Shown piece by piece: positions 58,693 to 64,000 of a stretch of 64,000 nt of DNA. Source of the DNA: Marsupella aquatica (lineage: Eukaryota; Plantae; Marchantiophyta); the NCBI GenBank assembly GCA_973895155.1, contig OZ316897.1:5717327-5781326 (forward strand), read 5' to 3'. The notes beneath the pieces are model-generated. The model ran no database searches and was not told where the DNA came from. It saw only the letters and a list, made by a program, of their open reading frames with translations. Numbering within the stretch: position 1 is the stretch's first letter; each line of letters starts with the position of its first letter. Position numbers and translations under genes: made by a program.

Positions 58693-61600
58693 ACATGTGG
58701 GCAGCCATCGAGTGACTTAGCAAACAGGTTGGTTTGGACATAAAAGAACCAATGCAAATGACTTAGCAAAAAGTTCAATGTGGGGAGAGTGCACTTTGGT
58801 CAAGAACAAGGCCAAATATAGTCAGGTATGAATCCACATTATAAGTGAAAGTACCCACCATTCTGATGAAAACCCCCATATTTATACCCATTATATTTGG
58901 ACCTCGCCAACCATGAGTGTGCAATATGTAGTTGCACCGGGAGTTGCATATTAGGGATTGGCATCCGAAATTGGCTAATGGGGTATGCATGCTGACGGAA
59001 TTTTAAAAAATGATGTCCAATTCATATTGCACTATTGTGGAGTAACTAACATAACTTACCTATTTCTTACTTACCAGTGTTACAATAGCGACATTGGATA
59101 AAGTTGTAAGCATGACTTCCCACAACCTCACCAAAACTTAGTTGGTATGATGTAACTAACATGACACCCACAAACTTGGAGTCGCATATTTATGAAGGTC
59201 TCGCACAAGTCACATAGGGGAGGGTCTCAGAATGGGTGGTTTTCTTCTAGTGCAAGAACTGCAACGACATACACTGGGAATTAAAGGGTAGCACGGAAAG
59301 GTGGACCCAGGCAACGGTGCTAGGAGAAACCTCCACGGCAACAGAGATGAAGAGGAAGGGAGCCGTCAACGATGAAGCCACCCCGGCAAAAAGAACGAGG
59401 TCGGCGGCACCAAAGAAGCCAGCCGAGCAGCAGAGCAGGAGGCAGGGAGAAGCCGAAGAGGAGGAGGTTGATCCCATCAAGGCCATTCCAACCAGGGATG
59501 ACACCTGGAAGGGCTGGGCGGCAACCCTACCGGTGGAAGTGCAACTACATTTTGCACGGGAGGAGGATGCATGCTTTACGGCAATGCAGACCAAGAAGTA
59601 TCAAGGCTTCATGGCCGGATCCGGCTTAGAGGCCTTTGTAAGATTACCATGGCTGAAGCCGGAGGTACCGGAGTCAGACCTATTAGAATTCGTGGGGTCA
59701 TGGGAACCCGAGACCAATTGCACGAGGATATATGGGAAGGATTTCTATCTTACTCCCAAGGTAATTGCCGAAGTGTTTGGCTTGCCGATAGGCAATAAGA
59801 CCAAAGTTGATACCAGGAAGACCTTGCCTGACAAGGAGTTCCGGTCGTTCCCCGGGCCATCAACGAAGAATGGCTTCTTCCGGAACACCTGCACCAACCC
59901 GCACATAGGAGAGATGATCGACTTCTTGCGGGTGACCATGCATTGTAACTTGCCGAGGGCAGAGATCGGCAAGGCACAGGTCTATCTGGCAGAAAGGCCA
60001 GACCCAAGCCGGGACTACAACGGGTACCTCCTCAACCAATTGAAGAAGATCTTAAAGGAGGAGCAGCAGGTAATCGGCATGGGGAGCGTGTCGCGGCTTG
60101 GCTATCACATGCCGCTGTTGTGCCGGTATGCCAGAGGTCAGACTTTTGCCCCAGTACTTCCCCTGCAGGTAAGGGCACCCGAGGAAGCTCCAACGCCAAG
60201 GCCGTTGGCTGAGAAGCCTCAACCACCTGTTAGCCCTACGATCGAGCAGGTGTTTAGGCCCAGGAAGGAGGACTTGCCGATGCAGCAACCAGGCATGCAG
60301 AGTCTGCTGAAACTACTGGAGAAAGAAAAGAAATCGGCATCGGCAACAACAATGGCAACGACAACAATGCAGGACACTACTACAGAGGTAGGCCTACACC
60401 GGCTCACAAGAGAAAACCCCTTTGCTGGAGACAAGGAGAGAATCAGGCCGGAATCCAAGCCAGGTGTTTGAATGTATGTGGGAATCTCAAGCTCCGAATC
60501 TGAGGCAGAATTGCCTGAAGCTCCTACCGACGAAGAGGAGAGGGAGAAGCCGGACGTCCAAGAAGTAGAGGAGGCAGTGGAGGACTGCAACCATGATAAT
60601 TCCGGCTATGGGTCGGACCATCACGTTCCAGGAGTAAGGACCTGTGGCCGGTTTGTCCCCACACTTCCAAGGGTAGTGCGAGGGGACCCCAACCAGCAGA
60701 GTAGCCCTGAGTCTCCCCCACCAGATGTTGCTCCCCCGAGCTTTGACGGCATAAAACAGACGGTGCAAGAATTTCAGGAGCGAATCAGGCAGGAAGAGGA
60801 GGCAGCCCTGGCTAGGGAAAAGGATTTACCAGGAGGAGATTGGCCGGAGGACATCAGGCGGCTAGCCAAAAAAGGAAGCAAACCTCTAGCCACGATTGAA
60901 GAGATCCGCAAGACGGCTTGGGAGCAGAGGCCGCGATGGGCGATGCCGATCACTTCTACTTACTCCACCTACGCTAAGAATAGAGCCATGGAGTATGGTG
61001 AGATGTGTGGGGAACTTGCGCTCGGCATCTTTGGAGAGGAGTTGGAGGTAGGACCCTTTTTCCATAGGGAGCAGTTGGAGAAGCACCAATTAGAAGAAGC
61101 GGTGGCTTTAGAGAGAAGCAAGAAGGACGAGGTCATTCGGCGGCTTAGGAGGATGGAAGCCAAGATTGAAGATCTAAGGGCGGTCAAGAAAGCCCAAGAT
61201 GAACTGCGGATTAAACGGCATGAGCTGAACATCATGCAGGGGCAGTTGGACACCGCGCAGGCTGATAATCAGAATATCAAGGATAAACTGACTCAGACGC
61301 AGGGAGAGTTGGCCGACACGATCAAAGAGAGGGAGAAGTGGAAGCAAGAGCTGAAGAATACAGAGGAGGCCCACATAACAGCCAACAGCCGGGCCATGGC
61401 GGAGACCCAAAGAAAGGAATGGGCGTTGAAGGGGGAGCTCGAGAAAATCCGCGGAGCCCTTGAGCAGAAGGAGGCCGAGTTAGGGAAATCCTATCAAGGG
61501 ATTATGGCGCTGCAGCAGGAGCTTGCGTCCTTGACGGCCAGCTTCAAGGCCGACCTAAGGGAGAAGGACGAGATGCTCGATCAGACTTACGCCAAGATGA

Positions 61601-63294
61601 ACCAGATGGAGTCTGTCATCATTGCAGAGCTCGACAAGGAGCTAAGAGCAACCCGGGAGGAGAGGACTACCTTGAAACAAGAACGGGAGGAAGCCCAAAA
61701 GGAACTAGAGGAGGCACGCAAGGACCTGGATGAGACCCAGGAGGAGTTGGAGGAAATCACGAGGAAGATGGAGAACCTCCAGCGGCGGGCCGACAACCAA
61801 ACGGAGCGGCTGAAGAAACAAGCCGCAGCATTTAAGTGCTTGTCTTCATCAGGCCCAACTCCAATTGGGGCAACCAAGTTACCAGGAGTGGTACTGGCCG
61901 AAGAAAAAGCCGCGCCACCTGCACCAGTGCCGGAAGTAAGTGGGAAGGGGAAGGGACCAGCTGCCGAACCAGAAAAGAAGAAAAAGCAGAAACCTTCAGG
62001 GTCAAGGAGTAATCCGACTCCACAAGCCGTGGTGACCAAGGAGGTAGAACCAGCACCATCCTCCGGCATGAATACGGCAATAGATCCCGCTATCATCACA
62101 GGTGGGGGTGGTGTGTCCAAGCCGAACTACTCAGTAATGAGGCCGGTATTCCAGATCCGCCTCTTGAGCAGGCCGGGGAGACCGTAGCCGAGGCTGAGGC
62201 CGTAACCGATTCCCGAGCCGATGCCGACGCCGATGGTGGACCCAGTCAGGCCAATGGAGAGTTGACTCAGTCAAGGGCAGGTAATCTGTCAGAGAATGAA
62301 CCTACGGCAGTGGCTGAGGAGGAAGCGTTGGGGGCGTCCATTAAGGATCCTCCACCGGTGTCGTGACGGTGCAAGGGCGCCGTTCCTTTTAGGGAGGGAG
62401 GACGTGGAGGGAGGAGGCATGAGTGGGCAGGGCGGGCGCTGATCTCCAAGTTTAGGATTAGGATCAGGACCAGGAGCGGCCCTGACACTTAGCTTAGTGG
62501 GATTGCGGTTCCACTGGTAGGAGCAACACTTGTGCTCCTGCCTTGCTGTACATAGGTAGATTCGGGCAAGTAGATTACTGTTAGGTAGATTAGGCTTACG
62601 ATGCAAAGAATGGCGGATCCACTACCAGGATAAGTACCTGGGTAGCGGGGAGCTCAGGGCCTCTTCTTTAGCAAGTTTTTAGTTTGCACCAGCCGGGCTG
62701 GGATCAAGTAGTACGAGAAACTCTCGGTTAGTCATACAGTGACCCTTGTGTATATTCATGTTTCCTCATGCCTAAGAGCTGAATAGAGTTGGCCTCACGG
62801 CTTAGTTCGTAGAGCTTGTGTATGAGATGTACTGTTTGTGTGGCAAGTGCATGGTATGACTCAGTCAGAATGAGTCATTTTGCTATTTGTGTGTTGCATT
62901 AACTTGTGTGAAGAGTGCCCACATCAACCAGAAGGAAGGAAAGTAAGCAAGGGAGTGAGAGTTGGATGTGTCGAGCTGAGAGAGGTCTTAGCGGCTTAAC
63001 CAAGCCTATTGGGGATCATTCCGGCGGCGGAATCCAAACATACCTAACAAGACGGAGGGGAAGACAGGGGAAGACAGGGGAAGGCCTAGATTAGGCCGGC
63101 TACGTATCTCATGACCCAATGAAGGATCTGTCCAGTATATGTGTGTAAAATGTTAACAGTAGTAGTAGAAGATTAGCAGCGTCCCATGCCGCTAAGCCGC
63201 GGAAACGGCCTCGCCAAGCACCAAAAACCTGCGGGAATCGGCTTGAGCTGGGGGGTTTCTTGGGTTTAGGGAGCCATGGGACGCACCACATTTT

Positions 63295-63312
63295 TGGCGC
63301 TAGATGGAGGGG
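63295..63312 (+). promoter_or_regulatory. PBS of element C (tRNA-Asn)
   Basis: TGGCGCTAGATGGAGGGG, identical to the element B PBS. Confidence 0.88.
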
Positions 63313-63359
63313 GCATTTCTTAAGCCGTGAGATATGAAGTTAGAACGGAAGCGTAGGTA

Positions 63360-64000
63360 ATGACTAACCTTACGCCGAGGGAAGAAAGAGTGATTCAACG
63401 GGAGAGAGCTTGACTGCAGCAGCTCGCCGGGTGGCATGATACACAGCGACTGAGAGGGGCAGAAAGAGCTGGTAGCTCCGAAACTGGAAGTGGCGTCGAA
63501 GAAGACATACCTGAAGAAGAGTCGGTAAGGAGAAGTGAGTCTCCAACCGACATGGGGGAACCAGAGGCACGGCCAGACGAGAGGCCAGGGACCAGATTGA
63601 GCCAGCGGTCGCGCATACATTACAAGGCATTTCATGGGAGAGGAGATGAGGATCTGGACGAATGGTTGGATGATTTCGAGGGAACCGCTGCAGCAAATGG
63701 AGAATCGGCCATCAAGATGCAGATTCTTCCCGGCCTGTTCAAGGGTGAGGCTAGGCCTTGGTACAGAGCATTAGATGTGGAAGATCAAGCCATCTGGGAT
63801 ATCTTCAAAACACTCTTTGTTAAGGAGTTTCGACCAATTGGAACTTCAGAACTAGCAGTGCTGAAGTTGGGACGACTTCGGTTCAAGGAGAACAAATCCT
63901 TCAGGAAGTTCTTGCAACGCTTTCAGAAACTGGTAAGACGTACAAAGACCAATGCATCTGAAGGTATGCAACTTCAATGGTTGGTGAATGCTTTGCCACA
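63360..64000 (+). pseudogene. Element C gag, 5' part (runs off the right edge; one early stop)
   Basis: SQRSRIHYKAFHGRGDEDLDEWLDDFEGTAAANG...GEARPWY, homologous to element B gag. Confidence 0.88.

Larger units (their letters stand above)
41942..59252 (-). mobile_element. 17,311-bp CACTA (En/Spm) transposon
   Basis: TIRs CACTAGAAGAA / TTCTTCTAGTG; 3-bp TSD CAA (41939-41941, 59253-59255); subterminal TGTGACT/AGTCACA repeats; Tnp2 and TnpA-like genes. Confidence 0.95.
41418..62366 (+). pseudogene. LTR-encoded accessory gene of element C (about 1150-1200 aa), split by the CACTA
   Basis: 41418-41941 joins in frame to 59256 onward (...GIREAI-KNCNDIHW...VLGETS). One stop at 60469-60471; a probable frameshift near 62110 extends it to about 62366. 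Same central domain (GSGLEAFVRLPW...EFVGSW...IAEVFGLPIG) and a long coiled coil. Confidence 0.8.
41303..63290 (+). repeat. 5' LTR of divergent Tat-like element C (about 4.67 kb once the CACTA insertion is removed)
   Basis: The 3' end ...GCACCACA is followed by TTTT, a tRNA-Asn PBS and gag. The 5' start TGTGATGCC at 41303 is inferred from an imperfect inverted repeat and is less certain. Confidence 0.72.

Noticed and set aside
55456-59000. Further cargo ORFs in the right arm of the CACTA
   Set aside because: Only short ORFs with no recognisable domain. The region may hold captured fragments, but this cannot be supported without a search.

Overview
This is eukaryotic, plant-type DNA (TTTAGGG repeats, plant tRNA primer sites, GT-AG introns). 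The TE families suggest a bryophyte or fern, but that is inference. The window is almost entirely nested, mostly decayed transposable elements, and I see no intact host gene. In order: 5' part of an L1 LINE; a truncated LTR; a CACTA remnant with an F-box pseudogene; a MULE transposase pseudogene (GCM-like finger, DDE, SWIM); a tRNA-Asn-primed non-chromoviral (Tat-like) Ty3/gypsy element B (10161-41038, minus). B is interrupted by a second gypsy (itself holding a Bianca copia and a MITE), a 4-kb solo LTR of its own family and two 1.5-kb AGT...ACT elements. Next is a divergent Tat-like element C (41303 onward, plus) whose LTR is split by a 17.3-kb CACTA element. Main discoveries: (1) The 4-4.7 kb LTRs of these tRNA-Asn-primed elements each carry a large protein gene inside the LTR, upstream of the PBS; one solo LTR still has an intact 863-aa ORF behind a TATA box. 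(2) The CACTA element carries a row of small chromatin/repair-type cargo genes (EDM2-type PHD cassette, tandem BRCT, Cys-rich finger), a TnpA-like protein with GW motifs, and captured host exons. A related CACTA remnant has an F-box gene in the same slot. (3) A 1.5-kb element with non-canonical AGT...ACT ends and 5-bp TSDs occurs three times.
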